A stretch of 63,289 bases of DNA, the filler included, from Folioceros fuciformis (lineage: Eukaryota): NCBI GenBank assembly GCA_049999805.1. It is 5 parts of 5 records of this genome, joined end to end, with 100 filler letters (N's around TTAATTAATTAA, not from the genome) between each part and the next. Parts side by side here need not be neighbours in the genome. Positions count along the whole stretch, not along the records: positions 29,729 to 54,604 come from JBNGIO010005644.1; positions 54,705 to 62,130 come from JBNGIO010005646.1; 3 more parts are not named here. One strand, 5' to 3'. The translations under genes and the position numbers were made by a program. The notes under the pieces are model-generated. The model ran no database searches. It worked only from the letters and a program-made list of their open reading frames with translations, and was not told where the DNA came from. Of the stretch, positions 49,701 to 62,230 are shown one piece after another. Position 1 is the stretch's first letter. The number at the start of each line of letters is the position of its first letter.

Positions 49701-50329
49701 CAGCAAGCTCAGTACCTGCTTCAAGGCGTAAAGAAGAGAGCTGTAGTCCTGAGAACGAAACACCTGACGAAACAGAAAACCACAAGCGTTAGCCTTCAAA
49801 ACAATTATCAACCCTTTCAAACAACAGGGCACAAAGGTGGCATGAACACCTTGGTCACAAAAGTTCCTCCTGGAGACAGGAACTCGGTGGCCAGTTTAAT
49901 TGCATCCAGAACCAGGGCTGCCTGGGACGACGCCTCCTTGGACCAAGCACCACCCACATTTGGTGAGCCATCATGTAGTACCACGTTAACCAGAGAATAG
50001 CCCTTCTCCTTCAAAACCTTCTTCAGACTCGCCCTGCACTTGGGGGTAGTAATATCCTCCTGCAAACTAACAGCACCTCGGATGGGCCTGATAGGCACCA
50101 AGTCCACCCCCACGATGAGAGAACCCACGGGCATGTGTTTGGTGGCCACTTGCATCCATCCTCCTGGTGCAGCACACAGATCCAACAGAGACCTCGCGGA
50201 AGCGAGAAACCTGTACTTCCTATCGAGCTGCACCAGCTTGAAGGCGGCACGTGATCTGAATCCCTGTTCCTTGGCTAAATAATAGAACCTATCCAACCGC
50301 CCCTTCCCAGTCGTCTTGCTCTTCCCCAT
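46755..50329 (-). CDS. SPB1: AdoMet-dependent rRNA methyltransferase SPB1/FTSJ3, multi-exon
   Basis: [108 protein letters not shown]. Confidence 0.95.
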
Positions 50330-50522
50330 GCTGTCCGCGCTACTCCGACAGGAAACCCCTAGACCACCAACGTCACAAGGGCACTTGACGAAAAAACGAA
50401 GCCCAGTCTGCGCAGCAAACGTTGCTCAGAATTTACTGTTTCACGTCACGCTTTCAGCGAGGGACAGTCGTTGACGGTTAAAAAGGAAACCCTGGGCATT
50501 TCTTTCCGTTTTCGTGAGCCGG

Positions 50523-50554
<32 letters not shown>

Positions 50555-53500
50555 TTTCTTTATCATTAGGCGTATGGAGCCTCACAGCTATGACGCCTGA
50601 ACTCGAATCAAAAACATGAGTGAACTCGAATCAAAAACATGAGTGAACTCGAATCAAAAACATGAGTGAATGGATACTTTGGGAAAGTGCAAAAGAAAGA
50701 GGATTAGAGAAAAAAAAATAGCAAATCTAGATAGCTATGTCAATAAGCCTAAGTTAAGTAATCGCCAATCACCTTGAAGTAAAAGAGAAGTTTTTCCCTA
50801 AGTTTGGGAACACTAAGAAGTTGGCGGATATTGTAGTAAGAGCTTTGAAACATCTGGATCCAAGCGTTGCGAGTGGCCATACACTTGCCAAGGATGTGGT
50901 GACGAGTTTCTTCTAAAGACCTACATTTCCGACAAAATGGATCTTCTACAATGTTGAATCTCCTACAGTAAGCCCCAATAGCCATATGCCTAGTCCGAAG
51001 CTGGGTGAGAAATGATGAGAGCTTACGGTCATGGAGACCAAGGCGTTGTAGCACCGAGGCCGAAGGGCCACCAAGCACCACCATCTTAAGCGCAGAAGCC
51101 TTAGTTGAGGAAACCCGCCGTAAATGCCACTCCTGTAGACTTGCAGCATGAATTTGCTGGTGAGCTCTAGACACAAATAGGATGTGGTCTTCGCTGGAAA
51201 TGGGAAGAAGAGTGGCAGCCTTGGCGGTTACATCTGCATGCTCATTACCAACTATATTTTGATGGCCAGGAATCCAATGGAGATTAAGGGAAACCTCCGG
51301 ATGAGCTACCGAGAAGGCATGGAGAGATGTCCTAGCTTGGAGAGATATGGCTTCGGCTGGGCGAGCCGAAGTGTCCATTAAAGACATGATAGCTGCTTGA
51401 TTATCAATGAAAATTGTAACTGACGAAATCCTGGGGATGGAAGCAAAGAGGGTGGGCAGGCATGAAATTGCTTTGACCACAGAGAGGAGTTCTGCCTCAT
51501 AAACCCCGTAGTATGTTTCTAAACCAAAAGATAATTGATGGACAATATCCCCTTTGAAGTAGAAAACAGCCGCGCCTCTAACGTGACCATCCAAAAGAGA
51601 ACCATTAGTGTAAATGACAAGGGCATCAGGAGTCAAAAGATGTAGGGAATGTGAGGCAATAGCAGAAGTGGGAGATTGTAAAATTACGATGGTTGTAGGT
51701 AAAGAAAGAGGAGAGGCCTAGGGAGGCATGAGTCGAGGAAAAATAGTCTCAATGGCAGTGGAGGTGGGCAGTCCTAAAGCAGAGTACAGAGTACTAGGGG
51801 AAAGGAGTGTGAGGTGACTGCGGATAGCATTGTGGTAGCGTTTTTCGTAGTTAGTCGTGGGAAGAAAGACTTGATGGATGGGGGGAGAGGGAGGGCAGGA
51901 GACGTTGCGAAGGAGAAAACGAAGAGAATGGCGTTGGAGGCGCAACTCCGTGGGCAGAAGAAAAGCTTCAAATTCCAAGGCATCAGTGGAGGGAGTTCAA
52001 AACGCACCAGTAATGGCCCTACAGGCTAGACGTTGGACCCGTTGGAGGTGTTGAATGTGTGTACGACCTCCGTTGAACCATGCATTGCAGCCGTAATCGA
52101 GCTTGAGCAGGACAACACTTAATTTATAATTGTCGAAGAAGCTTGGCATTGAGGCCCCAAACTGAATTCCCAAGAGAGATTAAACCTGACAAAGTACGCA
52201 TTGCGAAAGCCGAAACCTGATGAACATGTCTGTTCCAAGTTAACTTGGAATCCAAATAGAAGCCCAAAAACCTAGTACACTCGGAGGGAGTGATAAGGGA
52301 ACCATCAGGAACAAAAGAGTACATTCCTTTGTTGATTCCTTATGCTTCAAGGAAAAATGAATAAGTTCAAACTTGTTAGAATCGAACTCCACGATGTGCG
52401 TGGAGGCCCACTCCGATGCCACACGAAGCATAGCCTGAAGTTTTTTTGTTGACTTTTTGCATGAAAGAGCAGTGACATATGCCCCCGTGTCATCAATCCA
52501 GCAAGTGCCACCACCCATGGTTTGAAGTTGAGTGATGAGATCAGAAGTAAAGAATAGAAAAAGAATAGGCGAGATTGACAAACCCTAGGGTAACCCAGAA
52601 CAGATGGGAGCAAAAGTGTCATACTAACCATCTAGGCAAAGTGACGTCGCCCGTTGAGACAGAAAGTGGAAGACCCAATGGATCAGCGGAGTTGGAAGGC
52701 CTTTCTTACACAAGATAGATAAGAGAATCTAATGGTAAACTAAGTCATCTGCACCTTTGATATCCATGAGGAGCAAGGAAAGAACATGTCGTTGACCCCA
52801 AGCCTTACGGATATCCTGAATAAGGAGAGTTGCTGCATCGCTTGTATTCCGTCCCGGCCAACCCCCCAAATGACCAGAGGAAAGAAGACCATGATTGTTC
52901 TCAACCAAGAAGGAGAGACATGAAGCCATAAAACCCTCCAGGGCCTTGCCTAAGCAATTAAGAAGAGCAATAGGGCAATATGAGCGGGGTAACAAATAAT
53001 TAGCCCGATTGAGTTTGCGGAGAATAATGGTGAGCGAGTGACGCCACGTCAAAGGATGATAACCCAAAGTGGAGCAGGCCTGGAAGATATATAAGTAAAA
53101 AATTTTGAGGAGGTCCCAACCCCTCTGAAGAAAACCTGTAGCAATAGTGTTCAGGCCTGTCGCTTTCCAGGCCTTCGCACCAAAGAGAGCCTACTGCACC
53201 TCATGCAAAGCAGGGGTGGGCCATGGGAAATGGGAAGCAGCGGAAGGGGGAAGAGGAGGGGTGTTTGAAGAAGAGGGGAATAAAGTAGATCGGAGGACTG
53301 CACACTTGGCAGCATGAGAGTGAGCAAGTGACCCGTCTCCAGAGAGTAAAGGAGGAGTGAAAGACGAGGAAGCGGGTTTATTGGAGCGATAAATCTTCCA
53401 AATATCCGAGTCGCTAGCCTTCTTCAGAAATTTCTTCCAATGGTCCTTCTTAGCAACTTTCACACTCCGAAAGTACTCATTTCTAACAGACCGAAAAGCT

Positions 53501-54604
53501 GCAATATCCCTTGGAGTGTTAGTAATGCGCATGACCCAACGAGCCCAAGCAAGCCCCTTGCAAAGAGAGGAGAGGGTAAGAGACCACCAAGGTTTAGCAC
53601 GGAGGTGAGGGCATATTACGGAGGTAGAGGTGGAGATAGCCTTCTGTAGAGATATTGTGACTTAAGCCACAAGATGATCAATCTGAGCAATAGTCTGAGG
53701 AAGCCCAAGTCCCACCAAGTTAGTTGAAATCTCAGAAGCTTAAAGTGGAAGAAAATTTGTCCCAATCAGTAACTTTGACATTAAGGCGAGAAGGAAGAGG
53801 AGGTGGAGGAGGGGAATCTAAACAGGAAGGAATAGTAAGGAACAAACCGATAGCTTGGTGGTTAGACCCCGCATCTAGATCCGGGAGAATATCACAGAAA
53901 TCAACCAAGTTGCGAACATCCGCAGAAGAAAGCGTGAGATCCAAAGTGAAAGTGTTATTTGTAGAAGACACGAAGGTGGGGCAATCCGAGGGGGTGAGAA
54001 GAAAGAGGGGCGTAGTGTTAATGAAGAGGGCAAACTCATCGGCCACCGAGGAAATCACTTCATTAGATGCACTAGATTCCCACAAGGGATGATGAAGATT
54101 GAAATCTCCGAGAGTAAAACAATGTTGAGAGAGGAAGTGGGCATGTGGAGTGAGAATGCGGATGGTGCTATCGGGCCCAAGCGGATTGTAAAGGTTAACA
54201 AAGTTAATGACTTGGCCTGGACAAGAGACCTAGACACATTGGATATAAGGATGGTTAAAAAGATTCTAGCGGGGAAAAATACTACTGGAGCAAAGGCTTT
54301 TGTTAACATAGGTGAGGACCCGAGGGCGGGAGGGGAGACTAGGAGAGGGGAGGATAGGAGTCCATTGCAGGTGAGAGAGTGCAGTGGAAGGGTTAATGAC
54401 ATAAGGCTCCTGAAGGAAAAGAATGTCAAAGGACGACAAAAGCAGATTTAGAAGAGTAGAGATGACCACACATGATCGGTGACAGTTAAGTTGAAAGATC
54501 TTGAGGGGACTCATGAGAGGCCTAGTCGAGAGAAAAACTTGGAGTTAGCTTCAAGGTGAGTAGGGCATGAAGGGTCAGTGGCCCGATGAGATCCATGGCA
54601 GTTG
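50523..54604 (-). mobile_element. Tad1-like LINE with RNase H: end of ORF1 zinc knuckle, ORF2 54514-50749 (APE-RT-RNaseH-CCHC), 3' UTR and (TAAA)n tail
   Basis: NCHGSHRATDPSC; ATGA stop/start overlap at 54514; LKIFQLNCHRS..DILFLQEPY; TLDLT, SNHQAI; GYHPLTWR..IILRK..YCPIALLNCLGKALE; WIDD; YTNGS, VYEAEL, DNQAAI, WIPGH..IVGNE.AD; CRKC..ETRHHIL..C. Multiple stops. Confidence 0.88.
50598..50670. repeat. 23-bp tandem repeat x3 in the LINE 3' UTR
   Basis: TGAACTCGAATCAAAAACATGAG x3. Confidence 0.95.
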
Positions 54605-54704
54605 NNNNNNNNNNNNNNNNNNNNNNNNNNNNNNNNNNNNNNNNNNNNTTAATTAATTAANNNNNNNNNNNNNNNNNNNNNNNNNNNNNNNNNNNNNNNN
54701 NNNN

Positions 54705-54770
54705 TGGGATAAGTGTGGCCACTAAAGATGGAACCCGTCGGCAATCAGTGCTCGGGGTTTTGCCTCCACA
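54705..54770 (+). mobile_element. LTR family X 3' terminus (copy D), inserted in a Copia 5' LTR
   Basis: Ends GGTTTTGCCTCCACA and is immediately followed by the last 23 bp of the Copia LTR. Confidence 0.85.
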
Positions 54771-57700
54771 TAGCTCCTTCTAGCAATCCTACAAGTGGTA
54801 TCAGAGCTCAGGTTGTGGAGCTTGGATTGCGGAGCAAGGGTGATGGCTCAGGTTGCTTCGGATAAGGTGCACAAGGCGACTTTGAAGTGAACACGTTGTT
54901 GGGTACAAGGTACTCCAACCCCCTTGCAATGCGGAGCGGGAATAGGAGCCAGAGACCCGGCTGCGGGCGCACAAGCGGAGAGGTGCCGCGGGCGCAGAGG
55001 GCGCAAAACCAGCCAAGCGCCCGACCAGGCCGGGGAACCAGGCAGCACGCACGGGCACGACCAGAACCCCGGCAGCGGGGGGTGCCAGAGCTCGCTGAGG
55101 GGGCGCCCAAGCCCCAGGGCCTTGGGGCACAAGCGGGCAGTGCAAGCCCCTTGGCCGGCAGGCCACCCTGGGGAGGGGGCACCGCCAGCCCCAGCCAGCC
55201 AGGGGGGGCCTGACCTCGGGTGCGCCAGGGGTGCCCAGGGCACCGCTAGAGCCCCCGGGGCACTAGGCCGGGGCGCGAGGCTTAAGCGGCGCCAGCCCGC
55301 CAAGGTCGTGGGGCGTGCGCCTAACATGGGCAGTAGCCCGGTGCGGGCGCACGGGTGCCGGCAGGCATAACGGTCGTCACAAGCGCCAAATCGCGGCGAG
55401 GCTACGGGCATCAAAGCACGACTAGGCTGCACGCGCTACGGGCGCCGAAGCTGGGGAGTAGTGAGCGCCGGAGAGCGGACGCAGGATAGCGATTGCCACG
55501 AGCGTCAAAACCGATCCCGGCTGCGAGGCGGCCAGATATCAATTGGAGGATTTAGGCCCATCGAGTCGGCTTGTGAATAGCCGATTCGTAACGGGTGTCA
55601 AGGTAACAAAATCTACATTTCATTTCGACCGCTTTCTAACTAGACTTTTGGTTGATTTGCATCAATTTTGAAACATGTTCAATATCGAGAAGTTAGATGG
55701 TACTAACTTCCCGTTTTGGAAAGAACAAGTGTATAATGTTCTAGTACATAAGAAGCAGATCAAGCCTATCAAGTTGCTAGGAGTGAGACCCGTTAGCATG
55801 ACTCAGGATGAGGGGCAGGATCTAGATGAGCTTGCTAGGTCTACCATCATGCTAACATTGTCGAAGTCGGTCTACTTCAACGTGAAAGACAATACCACAA
55901 GTTACGAACTATGGTAGAAGTTGTGTGACATGTACGAGAAGCAAAGTGTGGCTTTTCAGGTGTACTAGTTGAAACAGCTGATGGACTTGAGGATGAAGGA
56001 AGGGACGAGGATGTCCGATCATCTGAACGAGTTCAATACCATTTTTAGCCAGCTCTCATCTCAAGGTATCTCGTTCCCAGATTCTGTGAGAGCTATGTTT
56101 TTGTAGGTCACATTATCAGAGAGCTGGGACACCTTTCATACATCTCTGAGTAATTCCGCTCCTGCCAGTGGTCTTACCATTATAAATGTAGAAGGTAGCC
56201 TGTTAACAGAGGAGGTGAACAAGAAGAATATGGAACCCTCAAAAGGTTCCAATGCCCTCATGGTGAGAGGAAGGTCCACTTCAAAGGGAAAGTACAAGGA
56301 GCAAAGTCATTCCCGTAGTAAATCTCGTAGTCGTAACAATATTGAGTGTTACCATTATCACAAGAAGGGTCACTTCAGAAGGGACTACGAGAAGTTCAAG
56401 AAGGACAAATGCAAGGAGAAGAAGTAGAGCGACAACATGGCAAGTCCGAGTGTCAAGCGTGATGAGGTGAACTCTGTTGATGATGGAGATGTTCTTATCT
56501 CTTCTTCCTTCGATTCTGCACAACTGACAGCCGTGGAGAGTCACTTATTCTCTAATTGGATAATTGACTCTGGAGCATCTTTCCATGTTACTCCACGTAG
56601 GGAGTGGTTTAACACTTATGATGCTACTAGGAAAGGATGTGATCGGCTTGGAAATAACTACGCATGCGAGATTGCAAGCGTTGGTGATGTGTTGCTGAAG
56701 TTCGATAATGGATCTTTCGTACTGAAGAATGTTAGGCATGTTCCGAAGTTGACCAAAAGCATGATTAGCGCACGGCAGTTGGATGACGCTGGCTACCACT
56801 GTTGGTTTGGAGATCGTTCTTGGAAGATCTCCAAAGGTTCTCTTGTGTTAGCTTGTGGATCGAGGTGTGGCACTTTGTACTCACTTCAGGTAACCACTGT
56901 CAAGGTTCATGTGATTTGTGTAACGGAACAGCCAAATGTTTCCTTGTGGCATAGTCGGTTAGGACATATGTCTCAAAAAGGAATGAAGATCTCATCTCGT
57001 TTTGGTTACGTCCCTGCTTTTGACTTCTCTGATTTCTCGGTGTGTGAGCACTTTTTGTATGGGAAACAGACAAAGTCACCACATGGAGCAAGAGGTAAAC
57101 ACAAAAGTAAACCTCCTGAGTTGGTTCAAGGGTTTAGGGTTAGCCTAGTGTAATGCTATGAAATGCATCTAGAGAACTAGCATGCACTCAGAACATTAGC
57201 CTAGATGGCTCTAATACCATCTTATAAATTGTACTAGCGAAAGCGTTTGCAAGTAAAACAATATGCAATTAAATTATGAGTACACAAAATTATCTTAAAT
57301 AGCTGGTATTGTGCCCCTTGGGTAATTAGCCTAATTATAAATAAAAAATATGCTAGGTTAAACTAACCCCTAATTATTAATAGCACCCGTGTTGCCCACC
57401 TCCTCGCCTGCACACTTGTCGAGCACCGCTTGCCTTGGAATAGCAGTGAAGGAACCTATGGGAAGGGGTGTTTGCAAGGAGGAGCACAAAGCATTGGAGG
57501 CAGAATTGGAGGCGATTGAGTGGAGCATGAAGCAACAATTAAGGGAAGATGTGGGAGTAGCGAGGTCACTAGCTGCCATGGTGGACAACATGATGCGCTC
57601 TTTAAATTGGATGCGGGCCGGAGCCTTGAAGCAAGGAAGCAACCAAGCAAGTGGGCACGAAGGGAAATAAAATATGCGGAGGATGCTTCCTTAGAGGAGG

Positions 57701-59592
57701 AGGCAAACAAGAGCAATGCAATGAGGCCATGTCAGTGACTGAAAGGACAAGTGGGAGAAGGCGATGCAGTCGCAGATGGATTCACTCCATCAGAACCAAA
57801 CTTGGGAGTTGGTTTGGTTGCCTAGGGGCAAGAAGGCGTTGCCATGCAAATGGGTGTATAAGATGAAGGACATACCCCATTATGGCAAACCCAAGTACAA
57901 GGCATGATTGGTTGCTAAGGGTTTTAAGCAACAGCAAGGTATTGACTTTGATGAGATTTTCTCACTAGTTGTCAAAATGACCACCTTGCGATTTGTTCTT
58001 GCTCTGGTTGCGAGGAACGACATGGAACTTGTCTAGATGGATGTCAAGTTGGCATTTTTGCATGGTGATCTCCATGAAGAGGTACACATGCAGCAACCAG
58101 AGGGTTTCATTGAGAAGGGCAAAGAGAGTCTGGTGTGCAGGTTAAAGAAGAGCCTTTATGGTTTGAAGCAGGCACCCAGGGAGTGGTATTACAAGTTCCA
58201 CTCATTTATGCTTTCTCAAGGCTACAAACCTAGTGATGAGGATCATTGCCTCTATACGAAGCAAGCTAAGGATGGAAGCTTGCTCATTCTGGTCCTCTAT
58301 GTGGATGATATGCTAATTGCTGGGACTAACAGTGATGAGATTTCAGCGCTGAAGTCAAAGTTGAATGCTCGCTTTGACATGATAGACTTGGGAGAGGCAA
58401 GCCATATTCTTGGCATGCGTATTCATTGAGACAGCTAGAAGCGTTTGCTTTACTTGTCTTAGACTGAATACATTAACAAGGTGCTTCAACGTTTCAATAT
58501 GGAGAAGGGGAAGGTATTGAGTACTCCGTTCCCTCCATATGTGAAACTTTCAAGCAAGGATTGCCCAAGCTCTACGGAGGACAAACCTGAAATGGAGAAG
58601 GTTCCATACTCATCAGCTGTAGGGAGTTTGATGTATGCAATGATTGCTACACGTCCTGACATTGCTTTTGTAGTGGGAGTGGTTAGCAGGTTTATGTCAA
58701 ACCCTGGCAGGAAGCATTGGGAGGCAATGAAAGGAGTTATGAGGTACTTGAATGGTACGAAAGCTTTGTGCTTATGTTTTGGTAGTGAAGATGTATTTGT
58801 CGTGGGATATACAGATGCTGATTATGCAAGGGGTATGGACAAAAGGAGGTCCACATTAGGTTATGTCTTCATGTGCACTGGAGGGTCAGTCTCATGGCGA
58901 TCTTGTTTGCAATCGTGCATAACGCTATCTACCACAAAGGCCGAGTATGTTGCAGCGTCTGAGGCGTGCAAGGAAGCCATGTGGCTTGCTCGTTTAGTGG
59001 GAGATTTGGGGATCAAGGCTGAGCTGCCAGTGTTGCATTGTGATAGCCAAAGTGCTATCTAGTTGGCAAAGAATCCAGTATTTCATGCGAAGACCAAACA
59101 TGTGGAAGTGAAGTATCACTTCATTCGAGAGGTGTTCGAAGACAAGAGGGTACAACTTATCAAAGTTCACACCAATCAAAACCCTGCAGATGTTCTTACC
59201 AAGGGGCTTGCTTCGGAGCAATTCGCACAAGCTCGGACACTCATGGGCATGAGGTAGACCACTCTCCTATGAAGGTAAATTGGCCTTTAAGTGGGAGGTT
59301 GTAGGGTTAATAAAGCCCAATGTGCTTAGACTAATGTGTTTAGTTTAAGATTAGTGTCTAGTTAAGTACCATTAGTTTAGATTAGCTTAAGCTAATCTGT
59401 AGGAAGATTCTTGTGCAGCTTCCTATGCGCTGCTTATGAAGCTTCCTAGGGAGCTCTTTTAGAGGGTATAAATACCCTCTTGAGCTCCCTTGCTATAGAG
59501 ACTCTATATGAGAGTATGACCTCTCCTTTCTCCTTCTCTTTGCCTCTCCTCCTCTCCTCCTTCACCATGTAGCTCCTTCTAGCTATCCTATA
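54771..59592 (+). mobile_element. Ty1/Copia element, degenerate: LTR end, PBS 54796-54807, gag-protease-GAG-pre-integrase, integrase core missing, RT-RNaseH, PPT, 3' LTR 59300-59592
   Basis: TGGTATCAGAGC; WIIDSGASFH; LWHSRLGH; MDVKLAFLHG; KSLYGLKQ; LYVDDML; YTDADYA; AEYVAA; KTKHVEVKYHFIR; GTGGGAGGT|TGTAGGG. Confidence 0.93.
57126..57381 (-). mobile_element. Fragment of a short-LTR element in reverse orientation, at the site of the missing integrase
   Basis: Reverse PBS GGCTCTAATACCA at 57208-57220 next to a ~160-bp AT-rich LTR-like segment. Confidence 0.5.
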
Positions 59593-62130
59593 AGAAGACC
59601 TGTGATTAAAGGTGTCAGAGTGACGCGGGCGAGTGTTAAGAGAGCTGGTGTGCTGCCTAGGTCGAGAAGTGAGGCAGACACTGTAAAAGTTGGGAGAAGT
59701 GAAAAGAGAGTAATAGAGGATAAAAGTTTAGACAGAGGATTTAAGAAAAAGGCTGAGCAGACAAAGATGAAGAGTAAAGGGGTAAACACTAAGAGTCTGG
59801 GGGGAAGTTATATTTCAGGCAATGCGTTGGATGAGGAAGGAGGAAATTCGCCTAGGGCGAGTGTTTTAGGTAGAGAGATAAAGGGAGAAGTTGGAAACAT
59901 AGATCTTAATAGGAACATTGATAAAATACACAAAATGTCTGTAGGGCTAGAAGCAAGGGAAGAAAGGTTACAACTGTCAGATGAAGAGTGGAGGCATGTG
60001 TGCAAAGAAAGAGGGCTTGTTATTAGAGATAAAGAACTTATCATGGACGTACAGAATCGGACTGTGGAGCCTATGGAAGTGCAAGGACAGCCGGAAGGAG
60101 TGAATGATGTTGGAAAGTTGGTGAGAAGAACATACAATCAAATGTTAAGCTTGTCGACTGAAAACGCTTTTGGGTTGGAAAGAAAAGGAAGAGGGGGAGT
60201 GGTACTACCTGCAAAGAGTGAGAAGCATTCCGGGCATCCTAAGTCATCAGTTTCCATTAGCCAGTTAATGTGTATGTTTAATATGATTAAGTTAGAGGAG
60301 TGTGGAGGTGAGGACGTTGAGTTAGATCTCAGATATGAATTTACTTTGTTAGGGAACTTGTTGTGTGGAGATGCTTACAAGTTTTATCTAAAGAGTTTCA
60401 TGGATTTGGTAGTGACCAGTAAACATGCTGAGCCGGTGAAGGAATTCTTCATTCGATTGGAGATGAGGTTTCCATCTGTTAATGCCATGAAGATAGAATA
60501 GTTGGCAAATTTGAAGAGGAAGCCAGATGAGATAGTACTTATGTTTTACAATCGTACTAGTCAACTAGTGACAGATACAGGGATGCACAATGAGATGGAA
60601 GTTTGTTTTAAGTATATTTGCAATTTAGATGAAGATATTAAGGAAGATGTGTTTAGAGAATTGACAACATTGTAAGGTAAAATATACACACTGGACCAGG
60701 TATTCCCAATTGCAGAAAAGCATGAGCAGGCAAGAGCATTGCTAAAGGCCATGGGAAAAAAGTTTGGGACAAATAGAAAGGGAGGTATATTTTCAGCGAC
60801 AGTTCCCCGACATAATTTTCTGCCTAAAAAGAGACCAACTTGGCAGCAGCAACTGAACATGTCAAGAATGGACAACAGGTACATGAAACCTGTCATGAAT
60901 ATAGAGACAGAAAAAGGGATAAAGTGCTTGCGTTGTGGGAGTGGTTCTCATGTGATGATGGAGTGTTCAATTAAAAGGGATGTAGGTTGTACTCATTGTG
61001 GAAAGAAAGGACATTTGGAGAAAGTTTGTTGGCAGAAGTATCCATCTCTCAAGCCCACAAAGTTTGGTTTTAAGGGGCATAGTGTTAAGAATGTGAGACA
61101 GGTGCAGAGGGTTGAAGGAAATAGATTTGGAGGAGCCAGTGCAGATAATTTGGGTCGGATGAGCAAATCTTACAAATCGTTAGAGTTGCAGATACCAGAC
61201 TTGAAGGCTGAGAATGATAGGTTGAAGGCAGTTGGTGGTCAGAATGGCGAAGTTAAAATCAAGGAAGTTAGGACAATGGAAAAAAGGAAGGACTTGGGTG
61301 AGAAGGAGAAAGCTTACAAGGAGTTTCAGCTGAATGCATTTGTTTGTGAAGTGGACAGGGGAGATGCATTGGAAGTATAGGTTGCTCAGAAAAGATACAA
61401 CACAAGACTGGAAGGTCAGCATAAAGACCATGGAAGATTGGCAATGTCAGGCTAGAAATATTCGCAATCATTTGAAGTATTAGATGTGGATATGAAAGAT
61501 TTTGGTGAGAAGATGCATGGCAGAGCAGTGAAGGTGTTGGAACAGCAAGTGAGCAAGAGAATGCAGGTGTCTCAGAGTGATGTGATTGGTTGTATTCGTA
61601 GTGTGTTAGAATTGGGAGTCAAAGTGGGGGTAGCGAGTCAAAAATTCGAGAACTTTTACAGGATGTGATAGTAGAGTGGCCTAATGCAAGTGAAAAGCTG
61701 AGCAAGATAGTTTCACTCTGTCTCAATAGTAATATGCGAAATAATGGAGACATAATAAAAGTTAAACCAGGAATTGCATTTCTGGACAATGGTGGGTGTG
61801 AATTTTTGATAGAAGGTTTTGCGCCTGAAAAGGTATTGATAGATTTGGGAGCGCAACCTACATTGATCCATTTCAGCGCGGCATATGCTATGGGATTGAG
61901 AAAGGAAGATATACAGGAGACAAGATGAAAGATTATGATGGCAAGTAGAGGCCTAGAGGTAGTGATGGAGGAAACTAAAGAGAAATTACAGTTATGTTTT
62001 AAGCATAGGACAGAAGAAGAGACAGCGATTGATATGAAGTGTTTGATTGTCAAATCTGGAAATTTTGATGTTATTTTAGGAATAGAGACTTTATTTATGC
62101 ATGGAGGATGAGTGGACTTATGGACAGAGG
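59593..62130 (+). mobile_element. Ty3/Gypsy-like gag-protease region, degenerate
   Basis: Two zinc knuckles (CLRCGSGSHVMMEC, CTHCGKKGHLEKVC); protease-like VLIDLGAQ and FDVILG. Confidence 0.7.
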
Positions 62131-62230
62131 NNNNNNNNNNNNNNNNNNNNNNNNNNNNNNNNNNNNNNNNNNNNTTAATTAATTAANNNNNNNNNNNNNN
62201 NNNNNNNNNNNNNNNNNNNNNNNNNNNNNN

